This document shows, piece after piece, positions 1 to 11,400 of a stretch of DNA of 64,000 nt. The notes below the pieces were generated by a model. That model was not told the origin of the DNA. It made no database searches and saw nothing but the letters and a program-made list of their open reading frames with translations. Within the stretch, counting starts at the first letter, position 1; every line of letters starts with the position of its first letter. Made by a program: the position numbers and the translations under genes. Source of the DNA: Raillietiella orientalis (lineage: Eukaryota); the NCBI GenBank assembly GCA_036172245.1, contig JAYWIR010000017.1, forward strand, positions 3,286,001 to 3,350,000, in the 5' to 3' direction.

Positions 1-499
1 CTTGTTAGAGACAATCATTTGTGATCATTGCTTTACTTATCCATGCAACATGAAATTCTCAACGTCTGCGGCTCCGTCGTCAACATCAAAGAAAGAATAA
101 TTTGTCAGCTGGAAAGTCCCATGTGACCCGGTGATTCTGTAGAGGTCTTCTGGATCCTACGTTGTTTTCTCGTTTACCTCGTGACTGCCTTTCATTCCTG
201 TCGCTGTCACGACTGTTGCTGTCATCGTGTGGTATCAAGCTGTACCTCACTGCGGTTGCCATGCCACTTTCGTCATTCCTCTTCACGTAATCTGAGCATT
301 CTTTCTGCCGCTTGCTTTTTATAAATTCCTTGCCAATTGCTGCAGATGCCGCTGCATGCTAAGATATTGCTGTTGGAGCCAGTAGCTATCGATATCTCTT
401 GGATCTAATGATGACCCGATGCAGAACCTCAATGTGACTTCTGCGTGCGATAACAGAATCACGTCACATCGATAAAAGACAGGTTGATCAGAGTAGGAA

Positions 500-2000
500 A
501 CTCACGCAGGGTCCAGGAAACAGGGCGGCGGTTCAATGCTGCGGGCTCTGAAGTCGCGATGTCCTGAGGTGCGGATCTCAGGAAACCCTGGGATGATCGC
601 GACTAAAGCAGCTAATGGTTAGCAATTGCAGCTAGAAGCCCTGGATCCAGTAAGCCAATCCCGACGGGAGCAGGGAACCGGTCTGAAATGGCGGCTTGAA
701 GGACAAAACTTCCTTCTTCGAAATGGTTTCCGTGGCGACGGGTTCTCTCTGGAAGCTGTAGTCGTGTGTCCACTCGATTCTGCTCTGGAGGTTCGTCACA
801 GCAGCGTGGAAGCGATCCGACCTGCAGCTTCCTCTTTCCCAGAGCATCGATCTCATGTTTCTGGCTCATCTCAAATTTCCTGTGAAGATCAGGTGAGCAG
901 AAATCTTTATCTCTTCGAGAGAAACGCTCAAGGCGTTCGGGCGCAAGAGCAAGAGCTGTTTGCCAGCGCCGAGTCGTCCTAGGAGTGCTGTGCGGCGGGA
1001 ACATCCTCGCAGGTCCCATCCAGCAGACTCGCAAAAGCTCTTGCATTCTGAAGAGGGTCCCTGCAACGCTACGAAGAGATCCAGATCTCCTGAAGCTTCT
1101 TTGATCTTCGCCGAACGAACGCATTTTTTTTTTTGTTTTTTGCACGTAGCAGTGCCCGTGGCGATGGACAGGAAGCGGAGCGCTCGCAGCTTCCTGAACA
1201 GAATCGAGACGGTTCCGGACGGAAGCAGGCTCCTGACCGTTGTCAGCCATCGACAGGGTCTTCGCGCGCGGCACCGCGGACGTCAGAAGCATGAGCGGGT
1301 CAACGGTCACAGGACTGCACGGCTGCTCAGGAGCCACGGCCCTGGGGCATCTTCCCGTCAATGACCTCCTCCGAGAGGGTGTCGCCCGAAGGAGACCCCT
1401 CACCAGCAGTCCACGAGACGAGGGCCTTCTCGGGAGTCCAGGAGTATGGAGGCATCGCGATCGTCGAGGCCATGAACCTGCACGGGTGGGCTCAGCAGGG
1501 ATCGACCAGGAGTTTCTCCGAACGACGGAAAGGATGCTTTAGGTGACATCAATGTAAGTGTCCTGGTCCTGAGGACGATGGCTTCCCTGGAGATGCCCTG
1601 CTGTCAACGGACTCCAGCCGAGATCACGGTCCACCGGATTTCCTGGTGAAGGCAAAGGGGGGATGAAAAGTCTCTCTTCCTATGGACTCGAGCGAGCTCC
1701 TTGGCTTCACTCTTCAGCTCGAATAGACAGCGCATTCTAGATGCCAGCGTGGAACACACCGTCTTGAGATCATTCGATCAGCCGAAGAACCTGTGAGAAG
1801 GAAGTCCTTCCCAAATGAAGGACTCAGCTGGGAGACGTCAGATCGGTGGACGGGACGTTCGTCCGTGGTTAACGTGGTCAACTACTTCATCCTCTATTCC
1901 AGTTACGCGCGCTTTGAGGAAGGCTCAAGAGACCACAAAGACCGCCCCCGCGAGAAGCGGATGATTCTTCCTCTCAAAGATGAGATCTGCTGACGTACAG
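500..2000 (+). mobile_element. Highly decayed L1/Tx1-like non-LTR retrotransposon ORF2, 3' part (post-RT region to zinc finger)
   Basis: Broken-frame remnants: FRGDGFSLEAVV (~W..R.LSL.GR), WLISNFL*RSG (~I..FLW.G) near 860-895, and DASVEHTVL (~ET.EHL) near 1740-1767. Multiple stops and frameshifts. Confidence 0.4.
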
Positions 2001-2399
2001 AAGAAACTACGTTCGTGGAGAAAGACAGGAGCTCGCTCTGAGAACCCACTTTTTCTTGTGTCCAGTCTTGAGTCGGTCACGAGAGGGAACTTCCAGTGGT
2101 CTTTCTGCAGATCTACTCCAGCCGGTCTTGCGCAAGTAATATAATTCTTCGTCGTAAGGAACCTCTACTAGTGGTCAGAACCAGTGGCACACACGCAGTC
2201 AGCAGTATCTCCCAAAGAAAGGCAAAGTCATCTTGGTGTTGCCAAGAAAAGATCATGTCCTTATGTTTTCAGACATTTGAGAAGTTTCACTAAATTGGCG
2301 CTGCCCTTCAGCTGCTTGCTGAGGTGCTTTCCTTCGTTTAAGAAGTTGGAGAGACGCGAACCTATGGGAGAAAAAGGGCCACCTCAGAGGAAACATCCC

Positions 2400-3950
2400 T
2401 TCCCTAAGTCTGCTGAGAAAACAAAGCAAAAGAGTGCAACCATACGCTCTCGACCCAAGTTTTCCATCCAGTAGCCAGAACGGGAATCTCGTCTTTCTAC
2501 CATTTTCGCCCATCTGACCTTAGCGAATCTTCTACGGAGTCACGTGGAAAGCCAAGTCCGTTCCTCTTAGAATGCGCCCTCAAAAAAGCAAAGAAGGCAT
2601 CTGTGAAGCCTCAGTGACGTCCAAACAAGGAACCTTAGCCAAAGAGTGCACAGAAGCTTCGATGACTTCTATGTGACCTTTGGAGTGCGCATAGAGCTTT
2701 CGAGCAGGCTGCAGAAAAAAAAATTCCTACCTGAGAGTGCAGCATCACTTTGCATTTGTCATCCGCTCAACAATAAAGCATCGATTTCGACAAAGCCTTT
2801 CCTGCTCACGGTTCCACCGGTTTGAATTCTGCTCATTCCGAAAAACCAGAAAAGATGGTGGATCACGCCTAAGAGTCTCTTATTCGAGATAGATCACGAG
2901 TGCTGATTTCTTCATATCTCCATCTGCCTCTGCACTCTGGGCTGTCTTGACCTGCACCGGATGCACGTAAGAGCGTGCGATATAAGAGAAGGAAACACGC
3001 GTCTTGGATGGAGCCTCACCTTGCTTCTACTTCTCTTGAATTGCTCTTCTCTGATCCATTCCCCCTTCTTGCACTTTAGCGGACGATCATCTCCTCAGCT
3101 GCGATCAGGCAAGGAACAAAGTGTGGGACCGCAGCGCTCGAAAACTCGGGAAGTGTTCAAGACGACGCAAGAACCTGGAGGTTATGCATACTCAGAGAAG
3201 ATGCTGCAGGAGAAGGCGGTGGCACCAGGAGGGTAGGCTCTTCCCTCAAGACAAAGGACCGATTCGAAAACTTTGTGGATGTCGATGAGATGCGGACGGA
3301 GACTGCGTTGCAAGGAGACTCCAAGAAAGATGGGATGGAGAAGACCCTGCGATTCCTAGGAGGAGCGTTCAGGAAGTCGGTTGGAGAGTAGGACCAGAAG
3401 GAGAAGGTGTAGGCCATGGAAACCGTGCGAACGGCCTGCGGCTGCATCGGCCTTCCAAAGTGGATGAAGCAAGTCCTGGATTTCTTCTCGAGTGGAGTGT
3501 TCCAGGGCATCCCCATCTAGCCGAGGTTGTTTGCCATGGAGCTGCAACTGCAGGCTATTAGGTGCAACTTCATCTGCCGCTTGGAGCACTTTTCGCTGGA
3601 AAGAATCTGCGTATAATAGTCTTCTGCACGGTCAAGCACACCTCTGCGTCTCGCGACCTGCTTTAAAAAATATATATATTCAAGAGTATGCAGCAGTTCA
3701 AAGTTGCTGGGAAGAGCATCCTCCCGTGCCACGCCGATTGTTTCTCGAAACTGCCTTCTTGCGTCTGTGCTCAATCCCATGCACTAATTCTCCTACTGCC
3801 TGTCTTTTAGACAAACGAAGAGTGCACTGAATGCCACAGATGCTCTAACAGGCGGCAGCAGATCTTCCGGTTTCAAAGGAGCAGTCACGCCACTCGACTT
3901 TCCCGAAGAGGGACCTTTGCTGCCTCACTTGAACCCACGAAGGACACTTC
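2400..3950 (+). mobile_element. Decayed L1/Tx1-like reverse transcriptase fragment
   Basis: Ordered RT-like remnants: DDFYVTF (~EFY..F, ~2660), PEKMVDHA (~DQEKAFDRVDH, ~2846-2870), GNTRLGWSLTLLLL (~GVRQGCPLSPLLF, ~2990-3030), VQDDA (~YADD, ~3155-3168), TLRFLGGAF (~KILGV.F, ~3343-3370). Confidence 0.5.
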
Positions 3951-4219
3951 AACAAACGAGGACTGCGATTCCCGACCTTTTGGCTAAGGCCAAAGATTCC
4001 TTGGCTTTAGGAGGCCGAGTATTTTCCAATGGGATGAGCTTTCAAAAGTAGAGGGAGGTTTTGCCTCGTGGCTCGGCTCTAACGGGAGAGAAAGAGAACC
4101 CACACTCCATGGCCACGGCATCCGCATGCACCAGAGAGTATCGCGGGTTTGAATACTCAAAGACCGACGCCGAGTTGGATACCTCGTAGGTTTCGAGTCT
4201 CCGCACGATGGCTCCGTGG

Positions 4220-5330
4220 TTTTTCACGCCGTCACGCCAGGGAGTTTATTTTATAAAAATAAACCAGCTGGGAACACGCTGGTTCCCAACCAAAGACAAA
4301 AGAAGTTCAAGGGAATGTCCACCTACACGCAGGTCGGATTTTCCAAAAGTCTGGAACAAGAGGGGGAGGAGAGGAGGGACAACAACCATACAAAAAGAAA
4401 TCCAGAGGATTGGGGCGGGGATCTTTAGGTTCGTTTCTTATGCACCGGGATAAAAACAAAAAAACCGGGGAAATTACAGAGATGAAGAGTGGGAAATCCG
4501 AGAAAGAGAGAAGGAAATCAAGGGACAAGGGTCACCAACATTCCAAACTTTCAAAACCGGCGAAAGATGTCGGCAATCTCCTCCTTTTCTTCTTCTTTCA
4601 GGTGAGACCACCTTCCAGCCGACCTCATGTAGGCGACTGCCATCCTGTAAACCTCCCTTCGCTGCGTCGTCGTCTGCAGCACATAGCGGGTCGTGACGAT
4701 GGCATGGGTGCAACCCCATGGCTGCAATCATCTCCCCCTTCGAGAGTCCTCCCGGCGCGAAGAACCTCTGAAGCAGGTCGCAAGCAGCGTTCTTCTGGTG
4801 CAGGAGCACTGACGCCAGCCTCAGCCCTGAAGGGCACCGCAGTCTCAAAGCAGGTGCGGGATCGACCCCCCGACCCGCAACTGGCCCAGTTCGGGGATGC
4901 AACCCCTGCCGGAAATGAAAGTGCCGCCACTCACTGCATTGGAATCTCCAGTGGAGGAAGAGCAGCACAGGCTGTTTCCATGAAAGAGGGAACACAGAAG
5001 TCTCCAGACGTTGGGAGGGGACCACAAGTTCCTCGGGGACAACATTGAGAATTTGGCTCCACCGAAGAAGTCCCGTTGCCACGGTACGCGTAATGGCCAC
5101 ACCTACTGGCTCGCGCGTCTTCCAGCTACCCAGGAGTTTGATCCTTCCCGCGATGGTGCAGGAAAACTCCCACTTCGCCGGTAGACTACTGTCGTCTCTT
5201 GCCTTGAGGGCAGACAGCGCTGCGGGGAGGGGTATGACGGCCAGGGTCGACCACACTGTCGTATCCCGCATCACCTGAGTCTCTGAGGTGGTCCCAGCTT
5301 AGGGTGTGCATTGGTAGGACGCGCTCGCGT
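4220..5330 (-). mobile_element. 5'-truncated L1/Tx1-like retrotransposon 3' end (ORF2 C-terminus with zf-RVT-like CCHC remnant + 3'UTR)
   Basis: ORF 4474..5274 (LPAKWE...GLLRW...EEL.VP...PLSWKQ..LLFLHW) is clearly paralogous to ORF 31624..32166. Frameshifted C-G...SIPHLL*DC.AL zinc-finger remnant. Pyrimidine-rich 3'UTR ends AATAAA-CTCCCTGGCGTGACGGCGTG-AAAAA. Confidence 0.75.
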
Positions 5331-5470
5331 CTGCGGCCGGATGTCCCGGTGACCAGCAGGGTAAGAAAGACACACGGAACTGATAAGAAAGACGGTTTTG
5401 TAACCAAACATGTAGGTGCCACAAATCAAGATGGAATGTGAATTTTCCTGGAAGCAAGAAAGAAGAGAAA

Positions 5471-5700
5471 TTTTTCACCAGGTCGCTCCGGGGCATTTAT
5501 TTCACAAAAATAAATCAGTTGAGAACACAGTTCCCAACCGAAGACAAAAGAGGCTGAGGGAGACGGTCCACCAACAAGCAGCTCGGGATAGTGAACAGTC
5601 CGGAATGGGAGAGGGGAAGGAATATACAAGAAGAAAAGAGGAAATCCGGCGGATCAAGGAAGGGATCTTTGGTTTAGGGAGAAAAGTGAAGTGGTGGACG
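5471..5700 (-). mobile_element. 3'UTR-only fragment of the same L1/Tx1-like family
   Basis: Similar to 4220-4440 (tttattt..aaaaataaa.cag.tg.gaacac..ttcccaacc.aagacaaaag). Ends AATAAATGCCCCGGAGCGACCTGGTGAAAAA on the minus strand. Confidence 0.6.
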
Positions 5701-7569
5701 ATGTCGTGCTGATACGAACCGCGTTCACTTCTAAATGCCTCTTGTAGTTGCTGCAAAAAGAAAGGAAGAAGGAAACCAAAATTGCTCGAAAATGATAATT
5801 CAAGGAGCCATATGAAAGAATCTTCTGAAGGGTTTACTCAATTGCAGTTTGTAAGAGTAGCAGCAGCAAGCCAGGTGTTCCGATTGGCTGGTAGATTCAT
5901 GTATCAAGAGTACACTTAGTGGCACTCACCTTCTCAAATCCAGTTGCTGTCCAGCTGCATGTTCCTCCTTAAGCATTGCCATCTTCAACCCTAGGCGAAA
6001 TTGCTTGCAAAGAGCTGTTGAGGTCGTGTAAGAGGAGACAAAAGTGAGTCTGGAAACTCCAGCAGGTACAGAAAATGCAGCAGGCAGCGGGGATAAATGG
6101 CTTATGTCGAAGAGGAAGCTTACCTTTATACCATGCTAACTCGACAACGAGAACACACGACCGAAAATGGTTTGAAGGCCGTAGCAAAAGCATCCGAATA
6201 CGAGTTGTCTGGAGGAAAGTGCTGCTCAAGGATGAAATTTCTCAGACTCTGCAGACTGTCCAAGTCTCTAATACCGACAACGTCAATTTACTAGGATACC
6301 TTTCTGATACCACAGTATCTGGAAGCAATAATTTCGTTTCCTTGTCTCCAGGGTAACTTGGGCCAATTTGATCCCTTTGACATGACATCATACTTTTGTT
6401 GTAATTTGCACGCACAACATATTTTTTGTGTAAATTTGAAGTGCATTTGACAGTTGATTTTACGTATTCTGGAGTAAGTTAACCTGGATGTCCCTCTCTT
6501 GAAACTGTTACTGCTTTTTCCTTCCTTACTCATGGATTTTGCACCCAGTGCAATAACTGTTCTTGTTCGTTTGAAACAAACCATCAGAAAAACAAACAAA
6601 CGTTTGCTACTTCTCTCTGAGCTGAAATCCTTGCACTGCTTTTGCGGAGGAATGCATTTACATTGTGCTGCGAACTCTGCCACGTCCGGTTTGTGGTAAG
6701 ATTGCATTGCGCAAGGTTAGGTCGGGTCAGGTTAGATTTCCTGGTATCTTAAGGTGTTCAATTCAACGATGCCAAAGTCACGTTCAGTTTGTATTTAAGC
6801 TTTAAGTAAACTTACGTTCCTCCTTTCCAATAAAACATGATTTCGCAAGCATTTCTCTCATCAGAATTTCACGTTGTATACTGGTGAGCTGGATTATGTG
6901 ATAGATGAGAGCCATTCGTGAGTTCCCAAATCGGGAAAGCACCTTGGTATCCAGGAAAGAAAAAATCGATGATAGCTCGCTACGGAGGTATCTTCCTGGA
7001 AAATATCCATTGAGACCTCCATAATCCTCCGGTTTCTCTATTTCTGACTGCTTATCAGTGCAGCTTGCATTTCATTTGCCATACCACACGATAAAGAGCA
7101 AACCTTCATCAGGTATTCAGGCTTTAGTTTCCATGTACTGATGCTTCTATGCCCTCCAAAGGTGACGGCTGCTCGTCGCTCCGATTGAGAGCAGGAAAAA
7201 AGCGCTCAAAAGAGGATAGCCTGAACTGTGGAAGCAGGAGTCCATTTCTGGAAGCATTCCGAGATAACGCCTTAGGGTTGAAACATAGGTTTAAATTCAG
7301 TCCGATATCTGGGGCTGAATAAAGAGGAATGGAGCTAGCAAAGATTACTTCCTCCCCGATTAGATAAAGTTTTTTGGAATAACGTCTGCCTCTGCCATCA
7401 TAGCATCAGGTTCCATCATTTTGCTTTCATTCTCATCTGTCATTCAACTAGAAGAGCTTCCATTTTTGCTTATTTTCTCACAATGAAGTAAATAGCTGAG
7501 ATGCTATCGCGAATTTCGTCACCATTAGCATCGTGCTGCATAATTTCCGTAGCCGCACGAAAATTCCAG

Positions 7570-7635
7570 CATGTATAATAGAGAAATAGATATATAGAGA
7601 AATAGAGATAATATAATAGAGATAATAGAGAAACC
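7570..7635. repeat. AT/AG-rich low-complexity microsatellite-like tract
   Basis: Run of agata/ataat/gagaaata units immediately left of the 28S fragment. Confidence 0.6.
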
Positions 7636-7696
7636 ATAATCTCGAGATACTGAGACAAATGCAAGACTTTGGAGTAGTTCACCAGAGTGTCTTCTT

Positions 7697-8440
7697 CTAG
7701 GAAGATCGAAATCAAAAGATGGTGACCTCTGCCTGGACGACACGAAGTTAAAGGAAACTGTTGATGGAACACAGCGGCTCCGACGCGCACAGTAGACCTA
7801 AGAACTGGGTGCAGGAGCGAAACGCGAACCGAATCATCCAGTAGCTGGTTCCCTGCGAAGTGTCCCTCGGGATAACTGGAGCACGCCGAAGCAGAAGGAA
7901 AGAGGGAAGTCTCATCCGGTGAAGCGAATGGCTAGAGGCCTTGGGAACGAAATGACCTCAGCCTACTCTTGAATTTTAAGCTGTTGAGAAGTCCGGTTAG
8001 CTTGAACACCGAAGCTCGGACTGCCGGATTCACGAGCGCCACCAGTGGGCGAATTCTGGTGAGCAGAACCGAGGGATGAAGGAAACTGTGCGTTACGGCG
8101 CCCGCTGCGTCGCTCGTTCAGATCTCACGGATCCTACAGGCGTCGGTTGCTGTGGGTAGCACGGTCCTGGCAACCGTGGAAGCCAAAGTCCTCCGAAGAG
8201 TGCGCAACGACTCACCTGCTGAGGCAACCTGTCCTGGAGACGGGGTGGCGCTGAACCCAGCCATCGGGCAGAATCGTCTCTGGAAGCGAGTAGGAGGGTC
8301 AGGGCACAAGCTCGCTTGGAACTACCATCGCTGCAGATCTTTTGATGGTGGAAAATAGGTTAGTGAGACACTGGGGTCTCATGTGGAAGAGAGTTTCATG
8401 CGAGCTGCATTTAGGCATGGAACGGCTCGATCCCAAGTTT
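7697..8440 (+). rRNA. 28S rRNA: Eukaryotic 28S (LSU) rRNA pseudogene fragment, diverged
   Basis: Ordered matches to the conserved LSU core: aaagatggtga, agtagctggttccct.cgaagt.tccctc.ggata, agtctcatccggt.aagcgaatg..tagaggccttggg, agtgggc....tggt.agcagaac, gagtg.g.aac.actcacctgc, cgagtaggaggg, tgcagatctt. Many substitutions and deletions, and no other rDNA nearby. Confidence 0.9.
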
Positions 8441-11400
8441 CGAGCAGCGTGAGAATCAAAAAGTCTCAAGTGTTTAGAGATGCCACTGGAACCATTTTAG
8501 CGATCTGATAATCTTCAGCTAGCGTCAGGGGCAATTTTCATTTCTATTCATTCTTACACGGAACGAAAGAGCCTTCCATCTAGCTGGTGGCAAGAAGGAA
8601 GCAGATGATACGAGACCAAAAATGTATTCATATACAGCGTATTCCCTTCATTCCCCAATTTTTACCTATCGCTCAAGGACTGCGCTACGCCTATCCTTGA
8701 GCTATTGGGCCCCTTTTGTTTGCACCCTCACCCAAAATCGCAAGTCTAACGAAAGTCACATAATCTACCCTCACTAGCACCTTCGTCACCATCAGAGGAA
8801 GTCTTCCAGTTCCAGTCCACTCTTTTCGCACCAAGAAAATTGTGCACCATTCAGAGATAGAAATCAAGTGGCTCGCGCCGATCTGTGATCAAATCATATA
8901 GGATTTTCAGTCGAACGGACCTCCACCATGAATGTTCTATATCTTATGGATATTTTGATCCAGAATCGACGTTCGTAGAAACTTTCACACTGCTTAGAAC
9001 TCCCCCTGAAAATTGCGCTGTTATCCCCAAATGCAACATTTTCTTCATTTCATTATCACCACTGTTTTATAATTTATACTCGTAAAGATTCGTTCTCCGT
9101 TATCCGCCTACCAGACAGAATCCTTTCAAAATTTCATCTTACACCTCCATTCTAGAAAATGCTGATTTCTGAGACCATCGCAGTGTCGGCACCAATTCAC
9201 ACCAGCACCGACTGATACTTGCAGCCGGGAAGCATCCATCTCAGGAAACTGTGCTGGAAACATTGGGGGGAAGGGGCGAAACGTCGTTTCAATGATTTCG
9301 GCAAACATCTCGATGGCTGCCTCTCAATGAAGCTCCCCACTAGTCTTTTACTGGTCTCAGGAAATTTCGGAAGAGTTTCTCTGTACCAAATCAAGCATTC
9401 TGTAATCCACAAAGACGTGAGGCTGCATGCCACTGCAGGTTCTCTCCAGCTCCGTCGATTCTTTGGTTGATCGCGTGCTCATGATCGGTGAAATGAGTCA
9501 TATAGTTCATCCACAATGCATCATGCCTAAGAAAGAAAAAGACCTGCCGTCAGCTTACCGGGAATGGAATCTGGCAAGATTCTCGAGACAGAAGCTCTAA
9601 TGAGTGCTTTACTCTTCTATGTCATTAAGATTAGACCACTATGGAAGGTCGCAGATGCTGATTTCGCGAGTACATCTGTATCCTTTCAGGGTTTTGTTCA
9701 TCAGCAAGTATTCAGAATGCCGCTTTCTGAAACCACAGCACCCTTGTGTATCTAGAAGGAGTGCTTTTCCAAAGCTTCCTGGACACAAAATGCTACTAGA
9801 GGTAAAGTTTCCTTCAAGGTTTCCTTATTCTTCCTGTTTCATGTCCATCGCAACAAAAGTAGTGAATGCAGTTGATCCCTTTTCAGCTTTCACATCCCAC
9901 CGAGCTCATGAATATCCAAGTTGCCGTGATGATTCTACAGAGTAGCATAATCTAGCAGAACTTGCAAGAAATGAAGTATGGTTTTCTTTTGCATGTAGAA
10001 AACAGAAGCTGCACACAAGCAGTATTTATACTCGTCGTTATCGGAAGCAAAGGGAGAATTATAATTCCATAGAATCTTCTAAGGAACTCTTGTACCACCC
10101 TGACACTATAGATACAGCTTCCAAAGAAGGCATGAACCACTCCTCCGCCAAAGTGATATTCTATTATTTGTGTTTGTTCATGTAAAGCCGTCTCTATGTT
10201 ACACATTTGCTACACACTTGTCAATGGAATCGTGGCCCTCTCAACGGGGCAGCTGGAAGAGGAAGCGATGAAAAAGATCATCGGACAGAAGCTTTTCTAG
10301 GTCTGTGTTGCACTTATTGATTTGAATGAACTCAATCAGATGCCCATTTCAAAAATGTGGTGCAAACACCTACTCATTAAATATAACGAGTTTCCATCCG
10401 ACAGGAGAAAGAAATCTGCATCAAATGAAGAGTAGCTAAGTGCAGTGTGCAAGAAACGTGCATCAGAGAGCAGTTAAGAATTGAACAGCACACAAAATAA
10501 CTGATAAATTGTAAAAGGAGTGTGATCTTTCATGCAAGTACGATGCAACTGTTCAAAATTTGATTTCATGAACCCACGGAGTGAGCGCAGACATCAGAGT
10601 ATGAAGATCAGCGTAGGTATTAACTTGGAAAAAAATTTCGCGTAGGGACGACATGTCTGTGCTATGGAAAGAGCTTGGAGTCGGAGGAAATGACTTGATG
10701 ACCATCTGACTAAAACGAAAAACCTGAACAAAAGGCTTTCCTGCATGCCAATTGAGGATTTTTTTTTTTTTTCCTCATGTGAGTGCGCGTAGCTCTTTCG
10801 CTTTGACATCCACCCAAAATGACCACACGGTAGTATCGACTTTCCCGGTACCATTAGATGCTGAATCCAACCGGCAACCCACGCAGTAAAGCTCGAATGA
10901 TAAATTCGCAGCGGGAGAAGCGCTGAAAGTTCCCAGACGTACGTGGAGAGCACGATCTGCAGAAAGGGCAGCAGAACTCTTCCGACTTTCTTCAGAGCTC
11001 TCAGGAGTGCTTAGAACGAAAAGGAAAAGACGTTTGAACTTTGGAGAATGCCACATGCACCGCAGCGCTGCTTGCGAATGTCACAGGAGAGTCTTCTATG
11101 CGTCGTCTGTCTTTCCTTCGAAGGCCGTTCAAACATCAGAAACAGTTGGTCCAAGAAACGCATACAGTTTTTTCGAGTCATCACCCACAACAGAAAATAG
11201 ATCATCCTTCCTCCTTTCCTGAACTTCGGTTCCTTTTTGGGAACCGGAAGCTGTAGGGATCGTTTTCTATTTCTGGTTCTTCCAGGTTCCACTAATCGAA
11301 AAGGTACTCCTCAGTAATTCCCTCACCTTCAGCTATGATGTCTGGCTGCTTGACGGACACAAAGGTTCCTTCCAACCTTCCAGTGTATTGCGACACCTGT

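Noticed and set aside
612..1403. 263-aa minus ORF and similar Arg/Ser/Pro-rich ORFs (e.g. 4410..5048, 40626..41195)
   Set aside because: Shadow frames of GC-rich LINE remnants, with no domain features.
9564..9755. VIKIRPLWKVADADF resembling a MADF domain start
   Set aside because: Too short, and lies antisense within the EVE-A L.
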